Shown: positions 24,285 to 35,799, counted from the first letter of the stretch. The stretch: DNA of 37,039 nt from Nemertoderma westbladi (GCA_032718475.1 JAUCBJ010000951.1:1-37039); one strand, 5' to 3'. The notes: a model not told the origin generated them from the letters alone. Program-made: numbers and translations.

Positions 24285-24599
24285 GTCAGTACTGCTGTAG
24301 AGCTGTACATGTCCCTTTTCAGCAGTAACCATACAACAGAAAAAAGAAAGGCGAGCGAAGCGACCCGAAATTTTTTAACAGCTAATACAATTTTTAAGGC
24401 AATTCCGTAATTGTTAAACCAACAAATTGGCGCCGGTTTTTATTTTTGGGAGCGCCACGCGCCAAAGCCGGCGCATTACGATTTTCGAGTGCACCACGTG
24501 CCACATTGGTGCGCTTTTATTATAAAGTGCGCCGGATTAATCCGGCGCAAAGTGTATGGATTCCAGTCTGGAGACCATGCTGAAACTTGTCATATTTGT

Positions 24600-25830
24600 A
24601 TTAGACCGACCATATTAGCTGTCATGTGTTATTCAAAGTGGGCTAATCTGTATGCAGTTCCTTAGTGTGCCGCTAGAGGGCCGAATGTCTGAAAGTGAAA
24701 TGGATCATTCCGTTATTTATGTCCCTTCAAGCTGAAACTTGTCAAATATGTTGTATGCCTGTATATCTGTTGTGCTCAGCTAGAATACATCCTGCATCAG
24801 TCTGTCAGTGGGCTGCTGCTGATGCCAAATGTGTCTTTTGGTGGGGTCGGTAATTGTAATGCAGTTCTCCAGTCTACTTCTAGAGGGCAAAATGTATGAA
24901 AGTGATAACCTTCCACTCCCCCGTTATGTACGGTACCCATTTACTTGATCTTAACCTGTTTAAGCTGAATCTTGTAATATAAGTACCACCACGACTACAT
25001 GATGTGTCTTTTTGAGGAAGCTGATTCATATGCAGTTATCCAGTCTGCTGCTAGAGGGCGAAATGTCTGAAAGTGAAACCTTCTCCCATTTCCGTGATTC
25101 TAATTCGTTTACCTTTACCTGAATCTTGGGAAAGTATGTACTATAGGCCCTAATATACCACATGATGAATCTTTTGAGAAGGTTATCGGTCATCTTTTCT
25201 CCAGTCTGCAGCTAGAGGGCGAAATGTCTGAAAGTGACATCCTTGACTCATTCCATTATTTATGATCCGTTCAAGCTGAAACTTGTCAAATATGTTGTAT
25301 GTCTGTCTGTCTGTCTGTATGTATGAGTATTCGCTCTTTTAGTTCAGGTAGTGTGCTGTTGCTGTGTCTTGGTCAGTTGGTGGGGGCAGTTCTCCACTCT
25401 GCTGCTAGAGGGCAAAATGTGTGAAAGTGATCTTCCGCTTACCCATGTCTCCATTTCCTTCATCTTAATCTGTTTAAGCTGAGTCTTGGAATATATGTAG
25501 GCCTATCTGCCTATAGTACCAGACCACGACTAAATGCTGCGTGGCTGCCGCTGCGTCTTTTTGAGTAAGGTGATTAATCTGCTGCTGCTGCAGTTCTCCA
25601 GTCTGCTGCTAGAGGGCGAAATGTTGAATTAAAGGCCTTTTTCCATTTCCATGATTTTAATTTGTTTACCATAAGCCTGTAAGCTGAATCTTGGCAAAGT
25701 ATGTATAAAGCTATAGGCAGATAGGAAGGATAGGCCCTACTACAGTACTACAGTACTATACCTTACCTACTAATATAGGTTATCTGCCATCTCTTCAGTT
25801 CTCCAGTCTGCCGCTAGTGGGCGAAATATC
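24600..25830 (+). repeat. Degenerate 160-210-bp tandem repeat, each unit carrying a CTCF-like motif
   Basis: TGCAGTTCTCCAGTCTG-C(C/T)GCTAGAGGGCG-type motif with cores at 24670, 24877, 25048, 25209, 25402, 25606, 25811 (plus 22493). Confidence 0.85.
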
Positions 25831-26576
25831 TCAAAGCAAACACCTTACACTTGCCGGTGACGGCTAGTCTATCCGACATCCCTACATCATTTAAAATAGG
25901 CATATAAAGTCTGAAGCTAAGTGTAGGCCTATAATTTAAGCAACCCACCAAACCCCACTGCAATCACAGTTAAGAAAATACTTGTCCCAAATTACCCCAG
26001 CCTGTCCAAAATTCCCCCATGTCCCAAATTACCCCAGTTTACCCTAGGCATGTTGAAATCAACTGTCTGACAGTCCAGAAATCAGCAGTCTGACAATTGG
26101 AAGAAATACATACAAACATAAAAAGTCATTAAAGGACAACAAAAGTCATTAAAGGGACAACAAAAGTCATTATGCACAATTCGTAAAAAAAGGAGGACAA
26201 AAAAGTCAAATAAAAGGACATAAAAAATCACTGCCGTATTCAATGTTAAAACAGATTTGAATTTACCGCCAAAATTTAGGTGGCAGATCTGATCTGCCAC
26301 CCTTTCCAGTACAAAAAACATGTCTTTCAATCATTTGAATTTCCCGCGCTATGGAGCAGGGTGGCATCTTTTGCTTTTAGGGACTTGTTTTTGGACCCTT
26401 TTGCAGACTTATTTTTTGTACCCCCATTCGATAGGAACGTAGCCCCGGCGGTCTTTTACGCGTTCCGAAAAAGAATTGGCAGTTTCCTATTTGCGTTGTC
26501 GAATTAAAAATTTCGTAAATATTAATATGTGTAAAAAATATGGAAAAAACGGACAAAGTTACGGCCCCTTTTTCCA

Positions 26577-27156
26577 GGGTGCTGGTCACCTCGCCGCACT
26601 GCCACTTCGCCGCAGGTCACCTCGCCGCAGATAATGTGCGGCGAGGTGTCTTTGCAGCGAGGTGTCTCACTGTGAATGCCATTTCGCCGCAAATTATCGG
26701 ACACCTCGCCGCAAGTCAATATTAATCATTTATTTCTAAGAACGGAAACTGAACTGAAGTAAAGTAACATAATGAAATAACAGAATAAGGTTAATACTGT
26801 ATGTTTATGTTAACTGATCACAGTCCTTAATTGCAACTCTAAGGGTCTGTTCACATATTACTAAGGGGAGGGGAGGGGAGGGGAGGGTCCCATAGTTAAT
26901 AATTGTTGCGTTGACTGCAGTACAGTATATTGTACTAGTTCAGTAGTTCAAATAAAACATTTTGTATAGTCTTAGTATAGGCTTCCCTGTAAATATAGAA
27001 ATAAATAATTAATATTGACTTGCGGCGAGGTGTCCGAAAATTTGCGGCGAAATGGCATTCACAGTGAGACACCTCGCCACAAGACACCTCGCCGCACATT
27101 ATCTGCGGCGAGATGATTTGCGGCGAAGTGGCAGTGCGGCGAGGTGACCAGCACCC
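26577..27156. mobile_element. Mutator-like MITE
   Basis: ~160-bp TIRs starting GGGTGCTGGTCACCTCGCCGCA and a 9-bp TSD CTTTTTCCA. Confidence 0.92.
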
Positions 27157-27631
27157 CTTTTTCCACCCGAAATATTAATAAATATCTTACCCCCATTCGA
27201 TACGAAGGTAGTACCACTCTTCCCCTTTCCAACCGCGTTACTTTCGTCCCCGTACGATTAATATTAGCCGAGTTATAGCGGATCCCACAAAGTCATTTTG
27301 TCCGTTTTTTCAACTTTGACGGACAATTTCGGAAAAAAGACGTGGTAATCTTTTTTGAAAATAAACACGAATTCACTAATTAATCCCTTCTATCGTATCC
27401 CGGCGTCGGCTAAACAATAACGTACCTCCCTCATAACGGCCGCGGCTGTGTTAAGTAAATGGAGAAATATTTATCCCACCAAGAATAAAAATATTGGTTA
27501 AAAATCTTCAAAATAAGAATGAATTATTAACTTGAAGCTATGAGTAGCTAATTACAGAATTAATTACCGGTGTATTTTATACTGATATATATTTATTTAA
27601 ACAACTACCGGTTCTTATTTTATTATTTCAG

Positions 27632-28032
27632 GATGTTGACCTTTCTAATAATAGTTTACACGATTGGCCCGAGGTTACATTCCCGTCTCGACTCACATCT
27701 CTCTACCTCCAGAACAATAACATTCGTTCCATACCGGACTCGATATCAGAACTTCGTTCCTTACAAGTTCTTGATGTTTCGCATAATGTTATCGAGGAAA
27801 TATCCCCAGAATTGGGCAAACTTGTTGATTTAATGAAACTCTTTGCCAAAAACAATAGAATCAAGGATTGCACTTTACCTAAGAGTTTGATGGATTGCAC
27901 TAAACTAGAGGTCCTGAATTTCAGTTCTAACTATCTCTCGCAGTTTCCTTACCAAGTTATTAATCTCCCTCGTCTCAGAATCCTACACATCGGTTCCAAT
28001 TTAATACAATCATTACCTTCGGAGATCGATAG
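27632..28032 (+). CDS. LRRC58: Leucine-rich repeat-containing protein 58, internal exon
   Basis: tttcag acceptor and AG|gtaag donor. Translates DVDLSNNSL..LYLQNNNI..LDVSHNVI..LHIGSNLI. The upstream start exon was not identified. Confidence 0.88.
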
Positions 28033-28139
28033 GTAAGATTATCGTAGATTTCGTGTTTCACATTAGATTATAGGATTTGTTAATTTATATATAATTAATA
28101 GGGCTTATTATATAATATACAACTTATTATAAGTTTCTT

Positions 28140-28392
28140 CAGTCGTTAGGCCAGGGATTACGGAAGTCTGGCGACTTATATCCAGTGCGGTCCCCTCAGA
28201 ACTCCCCAGAGGAAACTCCAGTAGTATTTTAGCTACCATTTAAGGATGCGTGCAAGAGATCCCCCTGACTAATCCCTTTAAAGCATTCGTGCAGAAATGA
28301 AAACTGCCCTGGCCCCCTTGCGGGGAACGAACCCACGACCTCCGAGAGATGTGAATTCAATGCAACCAAACCACTACACCTACACCAAGGTG
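28140..28392 (-). mobile_element. tRNA-derived SINE in intron
   Basis: Minus strand A-box-like TGGTGTAG..TGG and B-box-like GGTTCGTTCCCC; second head copy at 14803. 3' boundary approximate. Confidence 0.55.
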
Positions 28393-28559
28393 GGACATTC
28401 TTGTGTACAAATTTGTTTTGTTATTTAGATTTCAACATCGTTTTATCGGAAGCTAATCTTTGGAGTCTGTTTGCTTGATTACGTAGAATAAACTGTTTCC
28501 TGTTTTCTGTCTCCATTAAGAGTTGCCGGAACTCTAATATCGATATATAAACTCCCTAG

Positions 28560-28782
28560 AATGTTGGAGCTGGAGATGCTTTACTTGGGGGGTAACCGTC
28601 TAACACGGATCCCGAGGTCCCTGGGTAGTCTACCGAGTCTCTGCAGTCTCGCGTTAGCGGACAACCAACTGGATAGCATTCCCCCCGAGTTGGCCAACCT
28701 CGATCGACTCCAATCCTTGTCTCTCCACAACAACCGACTCACTATTTTACCCAAGGAGATCGCTGAGTTGGATAACTTACAG
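28560..28782 (+). CDS. LRRC58: LRRC58 exon
   Basis: ccctag acceptor (phase 2, compatible with the previous exon) and CAG|gtgagt donor. LYLGGNRL, LADNQL, LSLHNNRL. Confidence 0.92.
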
Positions 28783-28823
28783 GTGAGTTACTGTGTAATT
28801 AATTAAAGTTATGAATATATTTA

Positions 28824-29645
28824 TAGGATGTGCCGGATTGACTATTTTCAAACCGGCCAGGCCGGAGCCGGTTGTAAAAAAATCCGGCCGGAATTCCGGC
28901 CAAAGCCGGATTTTTTTTTATATATCACCATAACCATTTGCACCATAACCAACGCCGATTTGATATTGATAATGGATTGATTTGATGTTGTTAAATATGA
29001 AAATGAAATAAAATAAAATTGAAAAATAGAACGAAGTAACAATAGCTGTAGTTTTTTTTATACTATCTAAGAGATAGGTAACTAAATCTCTACTATTTCT
29101 AAATTGCCTGTCGAATATATAAACTTGTCATTCACGGCGGTCAGCTTAATCTCAATTTATAACAAACCTAGCTAGACCTAACATCAACGCTTGCGCGCTG
29201 GGACAATATAATAATTAGTGACCAGTTATAATTAGTAATAACGGTATATGGGCACAAGTAGGCCTTTACTATTATATATATTAAGTGTTAGTGAGCCCAA
29301 AAAAAAACCAAATAGAAATATTCTTGGTCATCATAAAATAATAGCTCTGCTTTAGACTTTATCGTATTCATAATATGAATGAATATGATACGAACTATGA
29401 AATAAATTGTATTGTAATCCATTGTGTTTGCTAATGTTTAAATTTCTTGAATTTAAAAGAAAATTCATTTTCATGTTATTTTGGAAAATTTACATTAATT
29501 GTAAATTTTGTTGTAAAAAATGTACAATTCGTTGAAATGAAAATCCGCCCAAAAAATTGAAATCCGGCCGGAGCCGGAACCGGATATTTTTCTCAAAATC
29601 CGGCCGGAATTCCGGCCTGCGGATATCCGGCACGGCACACCCCTA
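28824..29645. mobile_element. hAT-like MITE filling most of an LRRC58 intron
   Basis: TAGGATGTGCCG / CGGCACACCCCTA termini, CCGG-rich subterminal repeats, degenerate flanks ATATATTTA / ATATATTA. Confidence 0.75.
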
Positions 29646-29690
29646 ATATATTATTAATGCGCATATAACCCCCCCCCCCCCCGCCCTTAG

Positions 29691-30074
29691 GAACTGAGTC
29701 TCCGAGGAAACCCCCTAGTTGTCCGGTTCGTCCGGGATCTCAACTTCCAGCCGCCGTCCCTATTGGAGGTGGCCGCCCGGACTGTCCGACTCCACGGTAT
29801 CCCGTCGGACAGACTCCCGGACTCATTGCGTCGCTACCTAGACAGCGCACGTCGCTGCGTCAACCCCCGTTGCAGCGGCGTCTTCTTCCAATCCCACGTG
29901 CGGCAGGTAAAGTTCGTGGATTTCTGCGGTAAGTACCGCCTCCCGTTGCTGCACTACCTGTGCAGCCCCGGGTGTTCGCTGCCTAACTCCTACAGTAGCA
30001 GCGAATCGGAGACCGCCACGGAGGACGAAGCGGAGGTGCCAGCCAGCCAATTACAGAAGGTTCTACTCGGATAG
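29691..30074 (+). CDS. LRRC58: LRRC58 last coding exon
   Basis: ccttag acceptor. ELSLRGNPLVVRFVRDL, PSLLEVAAR (BC-box-like), CVNPRC, KFVDFCGKYRLPLLHYLCSP, QKVLLG* match the LRRC58 C-terminus as recalled. Confidence 0.95.
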   Translation, partial: ELSLRGNPLVVRFVRDLNFQPPSLLEVAARTVRLHGIPSDRLPDSLRRYLDSARRCVNPRCSGVFFQSHVRQVKFVDFCGKYRLPLLHYLCSPGCSLPNSYSSSESETATEDEAEVPASQLQKVLLG

Positions 30075-31844
30075 TGGTACAATGTCTACCGGTTCTACTC
30101 GGATAGTGGTACAATGTCTACCGGTTCTACTCGGATAGTGGTACAATGTCTACCGGTTCTACTCGGATAGTGGTACAATGTCTACCGGTTCTACTCGGAT
30201 AGTGGTACAATGTCTACCGGTTCTACTCGGATAGTGGTACAATGTATACCGGTTCTACTCGGATAGTGGTACAATGTATACCGGTTCTACTCGGATAGTG
30301 GTACAATGTCTACCGGTTCTACTCGGATAGTGGTACAATGTCTACCGGTTCTACTCGGATAGTGGTACAATGTCTACCGGTTCTACTCGGATAGTGGTAC
30401 AATGTATACCGGTTCTACTCGGATAGTGGTACAATGTCTACCGGTTCTACTCGGATAGTGGTACAATGTCTACCGGTTCTACTCGAATAGTGGTACAATG
30501 TCTACCGGTTCTACTCGGATAGTGGTACAATGTCTACCGGTTCTACTCGGATAGTGGTACAATGTCTACCGGTTCTACTCGGATAGTGGTACAATGTCTA
30601 CCGGTTCTACTCGGATAGTGGTACAATGTCTACCGGTTCTACTCGGATAGTGGTACAATGTCTACCGGTTCTACTCGGATAGTGGTACAATGTCTACCGG
30701 TTCTACTCGGATAGTGGTACAATGTCTACCGGTTCTACTCGGATAGTGGTACAATGTCTACCGGTTCTACTCGGATAGTGGTACAATGTCTACCGGTTCT
30801 ACTCGGATAGTGGTACAATGTCTACCGGTTCTACTCGGATAGTGGTACAATGTCTACCGGTTCTACTCGGATAGTGGTACAATGTCTACCGGTTCTACTC
30901 GGATAGTGGTACAATGTCTACCGGTTCTACTCGGATAGTGGTACAATGTCTACCGGTTCTACTCGGATAGTGGTACAATGTCTACCGGTTCTACTCGGAT
31001 AGTGGTACAATGTCTACCGGTTCTACTCGGATAGTGGTACAATGTCTACCGGTTCTACTCGGATAGTGGTACAATGTCTACCGGTTCTACTCGGATAGTG
31101 GTACAATGTCTACCGGTTCTACTCGGATAGTGGTACAATGTCTACCGGTTCTACTCGGATAGTGGTACAATGTCTACCGGTTCTACTCGGATAGTGGTAC
31201 AATGTCTACCGGTTCTACTCGGATAGTGGTACAATGTCTACCGGTTCTACTCGGATAGTGGTACAATGTCTACCGGTTCTACTCGGATAGTGGTACAATG
31301 TCTACCGGTTCTACTCGGATAGTGGTACAATGTCTACCGGTTCTACTCGGATAGTGGTACAATGTCTACCGGTTCTACTCGGATAGTGGTACAATGTCTA
31401 CCGGTTCTACTCGGATAGTGGTACAATGTCTACCGGTTCTACTCGGATAGTGGTACAATGTCTACCGGTTCTACTCGGATAGTGGTACAATGTCTACCGG
31501 TTCTACTCGGATAGTGGTACAATGTCTACCGGTTCTACTCGGATAGTGGTACAATGTCTACCGGTTCTACTCGAATAGTGGTACAATGCCTACCGGTTCT
31601 ACTCGGATAGTGGTACAATGTCTACCGGTTCTACTCGGATAGTGGTACAATGTCTACCGGTTCTACTCGGATAGTGGTACAATGTCTACCGGTTCTACTC
31701 GGATAGTGGTACAATGTCTACCGGTTCTACTCGGATAGTGGTACAATGTCTACCGGTTCTACTCGGATAGTGGTACAATGTCTACCGGTTCTACTCGGAT
31801 AGTGGTACAATGTCTACCGGTTCTACTCGGATAGTGGTACAATG
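30059..31844 (+). repeat. 32-bp minisatellite, ~56 copies
   Basis: Unit GGTTCTACTCGGATAGTGGTACAATGTCTACC, with only a handful of single-base variants. Confidence 0.97.
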
Positions 31845-32111
31845 GAACATTTTCACCTTCCCTAAAACCACTCCCGTTCTATTTGTCGCTTTTACGAACA
31901 AATTTTAAAATTTATATTTTATATAACCGTCTTTGTTTTATTTATAACTAATAATAAATAATATAACAATTTTAATTTATGGTAGATAAATCTAAATATT
32001 TGGTTGACACATAAAAGTGACTTCCAACTATTATAGCCAGGAATATTATGAACAGTGATTTTATTTTTTATATTAGTTTGTATGTATTCTCTGTACTTTT
32101 ACATGGATATA

Positions 32112-32411
32112 GGACAATTCGGATCTGGACAATTCGGACACGGACAATTCGGACCCGGACAGTTGGGACCCGGACAATTCGGACAGGGACAATTCGGACA
32201 CGGACAATTCGGACCCGGACAGTTGGGACCCGGACAATTCGGACCCGGACAACTCGGACACGGACAATTCGGACACAGACAATTCGGACACGGACAATTC
32301 GGACCCGGACAGTTGGGACCCGGACAGTTGGGACCCGGACAATTCGGACACGGACAATTCGGACCCGTACAGTTGGGACCCGGACAATTTGCATCCGGAC
32401 AATTAGGATCC
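32112..32411 (+). repeat. 15-bp minisatellite (GGACAATTCGGACAC / GGACAGTTGGGACCC), ~20 copies
   Basis: Direct reading; followed by short inverted GTCC repeats to ~32457. Confidence 0.92.
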
Positions 32412-33140
32412 GATTGTTATGGACTCCAGTCCGGGTCCGAGTCCGAGTCCGGGTCCAAATTATCTATTTATTTGTGTAAAAAGTAATGTACCACTATATA
32501 TTATTACTGTGTTCGTTTACAGAAGATCGAAGCGATATATTTAATGCAACCGAGGTCTTTTGTGGTGCATACGATTATAGTACATATTTTATATATAAAG
32601 ATAAGCGTAGCTGTTTGGATAATGTTTCCCGTGATTGTTTAGTTTTGGTAACTCCGTAAATTATATGCGCTTCCTGTGTTCAGGTTGTGGGTTGAGTTTT
32701 TAGAACATCGTAAAATTTAATTGTATTGAGTAACGACTTAAACATCATTATAGTAAAATATTAAGTAAAGTACAGCTTATTGGTTGATAATAATTAATGT
32801 TCTAGAACCGATATTTCATATCTTTAACTTTAAATTTTTTACAAATGGGGTTATATTTAACCCGAAACTTAGGTAGGCAGTCCACCACGTTATTTTTCAA
32901 GATTTTCCATTTAATAGACTTATGAAATTGATAAACAATATAAATATAATACGAAATTACACCTGTTCCTTAAGAAGGGAACTTTTACTTACATATCGAG
33001 CAGTGACGTATCTAGGATTTAGTTCTGGTTCGACCGACGCACAATAATCCCCCCCCCCCCCCCCCGCCCGGGGGGGGGGGGGGGGTTGGGGTGGGGGGAT
33101 TGTATTGGTTTCTCGGTATCAAGACTGACTTGAAAATAGC

Positions 33141-33223
33141 TCACAATAATACACGGTCCTTCACAATAATACACGGTCCTTCACAATAATACACGGTCCT
33201 TCACAATAATACACGGTCCTTCA
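33141..33223 (+). repeat. 20-bp perfect tandem repeat, 4 copies
   Basis: TCACAATAATACACGGTCCT x4. Confidence 0.95.
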
Positions 33224-33982
33224 ATGACTTGTTATTTACAGATATCCACAACTATATTGCTTCCTTCTGGTATATACAAATAGTGTTCTCTAAGTAACAT
33301 CATTGAAAAGCCTCTGGGAAGAGGGAAAAAGAGAAACCGGGTGAGGGGTGCTTTAGGTCCGTTAGGATCCAAAGTATAGCCTCGAAAAATAATACAATCC
33401 AAAAAATTGTAAACGAAAAATAGTACATAAAATACAGTGTTTTAGTCGTAAACTGGAAAATCGAAATGTCGTGAAAAGTCTATTTTGTGGAAAATAGTCT
33501 TAATATAAATTTGGTGCAGCTTCACGCTATTGGAACTTGGCTATAGTGCTGTTGCTGTGCAAAACACCAGGTTACCGCCTGGGTCTAAACAGGGGTGGGA
33601 CCGATTGGATATAGACGGTTGGGTTAGCTGCTTCTTTGTCCTACGGCTTAGAGGTTTAACCGAGGTCGCCCCACTAAGTTTACGGGACGTAGATGTATGG
33701 CTAATATATATGGCAAATAAAGTTCATGTTCAAGTTCATGTAGTTTGGCACGGTAACCCATCATTAATTATCCTTGTAATACCTGTACCTTACAAACTAA
33801 TTGCTTACGATGCCAAAAAGTTATGTTTCCAAGAAGAATGTTGATGTAAATAATGTTACAGTTTACAATAATTACATCACTTGGTGGTTCGGATTTCTAT
33901 ATATTATTTATTTAATATCTAATTCCCCAAAATATTTAATTTTCATTGGCAATTTAAACTAAACTACTGAAGTACAATTATC

Positions 33983-34232
33983 ATGTACGATACCGTGGTT
34001 CCTGTGGTGGCCATTTTTTGGCTATCTATAGTCGTGGTAACGGGAAAACCAGACGGGGCCCCTATCGGTGCCTGCAACAGTATGACTCCCAATGCCGCTG
34101 CTGCCTATCACAATGCCGAGCCACAAACAGCTGAATGCCCTTACAATTTCATCCTATCCAAAACGAAGTTCACTCCAGGGGACAACGTTTACATATCTAT
34201 CAGTGGACAATATACTGGAATTCTACTCCAAG
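33983..34232 (+). CDS. First coding exon of a secreted Reeler-domain protein (defense protein / ferric-chelate reductase-like)
   Basis: Hydrophobic signal peptide, PDGAP..AC.SMTP..H...Q....PY and GILLQ motifs, G|gtacgt donor. No later exon recognised in the window. Confidence 0.85.
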
Positions 34233-34692
34233 GTACGTAAATTAGTAACACGATTGGTGCTTACTGTAAGAATTGCTCGTAACTGACTGACTGATCTCCA
34301 GCCAAAACAGCTCACAGCGGCTCGTTGGCCAGATTCTAATAGTCGAGTCAATCTAGCAAAAAACCCATAAGTGTTTCGCAATCAATCCGAACCACATATT
34401 TTGGATTCTATATTACCTTATTAATGACCAAAAAAAGTCTACAAAATTTTATTTTGCGGATCATATGTTTATTCATGGAAATTCTGCGTAAATTTGCATA
34501 ACACAAGCCAAACAAAAGGAACATTAGGGAAAAGTAAGTAGCAAATTGGTGCTGTTCCATAATAATTTAATCAATTTCACAATAAGCTGTGATTCAATGG
34601 GAAATGAGTAATATTTACACTGGCGTGTTACACATTAATTTCTATATCTCGGAAACTAGAAGTCGCATCAAATTTTTAAGCGGTAAGTGAGG

Positions 34693-35799
34693 TAGCACAT
34701 TTTCTGACCAAAAAGTCGAATTTTTGAAACATATCCTATCTGATGCTGAATTTCATGCTGAATCCAAATATGGAAACCATTTTCCCATATCTTGCTTAGT
34801 TTTCGAGATATCTGGGATAGAAGATACTGGCTCCGATATATCGCGATATCGGTAAATGCGATGAAGTTTGGAGTTTGCATTCAATTTCTGAATATTTATG
34901 TGCTCAGTAGTGCTAATTGGATGTCTCCACGAGAAAGAGCACAAAATTTTAATTGAGAAGGTATTTTTTTATGATTATTGGACCTACTGATCTGTTTATA
35001 AGACAATTTAAAGTCTCCGGAATGAAGACGGGACTCGAATAAACGACTCTGCGGGATTACACGGAATAGACTTATCGGTCATTGGAGATCTTCAAAATGT
35101 ATAATCTCCAGTTCTAGTGGTCGTACGGAGTCGTATCGTTTTGGGCTCATTCGAAAGCTCTTTTCTCAGAGACCAAAGTTACCATTTGGTTTGGAAAACT
35201 CTTGAAAGCTGCCTGAGCAATCATTACTTGAACAAAATTTGCAAGGCATATATTACCCAAAATCATGTTATGTTGTTTCACAACCAGTTTGTCTTAAATC
35301 AAATGGTAACTTTGTTCTCTAAGAAAAGAGCTTTCGAATGAGCCTAAAACGAACTTCGTACGTCCACTAGAACTGGAGATTATACATTTTGAAGATCTCC
35401 GATGACCATTAGTCTAGTCCGTGTAATCCCGCAAAGACCGCAGAGTCGGTTATTCGTGTCCCGTCTTCATTCCGGAGACTTGAAGTTGTCTTATAAACTC
35501 ACAAGTAGGTCCAATAATCATAAAAAAATACTTTCTCAATTAAAATTTTGTGCTCTTTCTCGTGGAGACATCCAATTGGCACCACTGAGCACATAAATTT
35601 GCAGAAATTGAATGCAAACCCCAAACTTCATCGCCTTCACTGATATCGCGATATATCGGAGCCAGTATCTTCTATCCCAGATATCTCGAAAACTAAGCAA
35701 GATATGGGAAAACGGTTTCCATATTTGGATTTAGCATGAAATTCTGCATCAGATAGGATATGTTTCAAAAATTTGTCTTTTTGGTCAGAAAATGCGCTA
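34693..35799. repeat. Long inverted repeat, ~500-bp arms and ~100-bp spacer
   Basis: 34693-35192 is the diverged reverse complement of 35296-35799. Confidence 0.92.

Larger units (their letters stand above)
22576..24571. mobile_element. 8-bp-TSD element (copy 2, internally deleted)
   Basis: Same termini as 17628-20001; TSD AGACCATG at 22568-22575 and 24572-24579. Confidence 0.87.
22129..26044. mobile_element. pogo-type non-autonomous element hosting nested insertions
   Basis: TIR GGGTAAACTGGGGTAATTTGGGACA (left copy has a 5-bp duplication), TA on both sides, internal TIR-motif copies at ~22320-22355 and ~25983-26020. Confidence 0.85.

Noticed and set aside
27570-27833. 87-aa hydrophobic ORF
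   Set aside because: It is an alternative frame spanning the intron and the LRRC58 exon; the LRR frame is the supported one.
30059-31844. CRISPR-like array (32-bp repeats)
   Set aside because: Units are head to tail with no unique spacers, there are no cas genes, and the context is a spliced eukaryotic gene.
32048-32486. Repetitive proteins (GQFGH, RTIRT, SELSG ORFs)
   Set aside because: They are by-products of a 15-bp repeat that is open in several frames on both strands, with no gene context.
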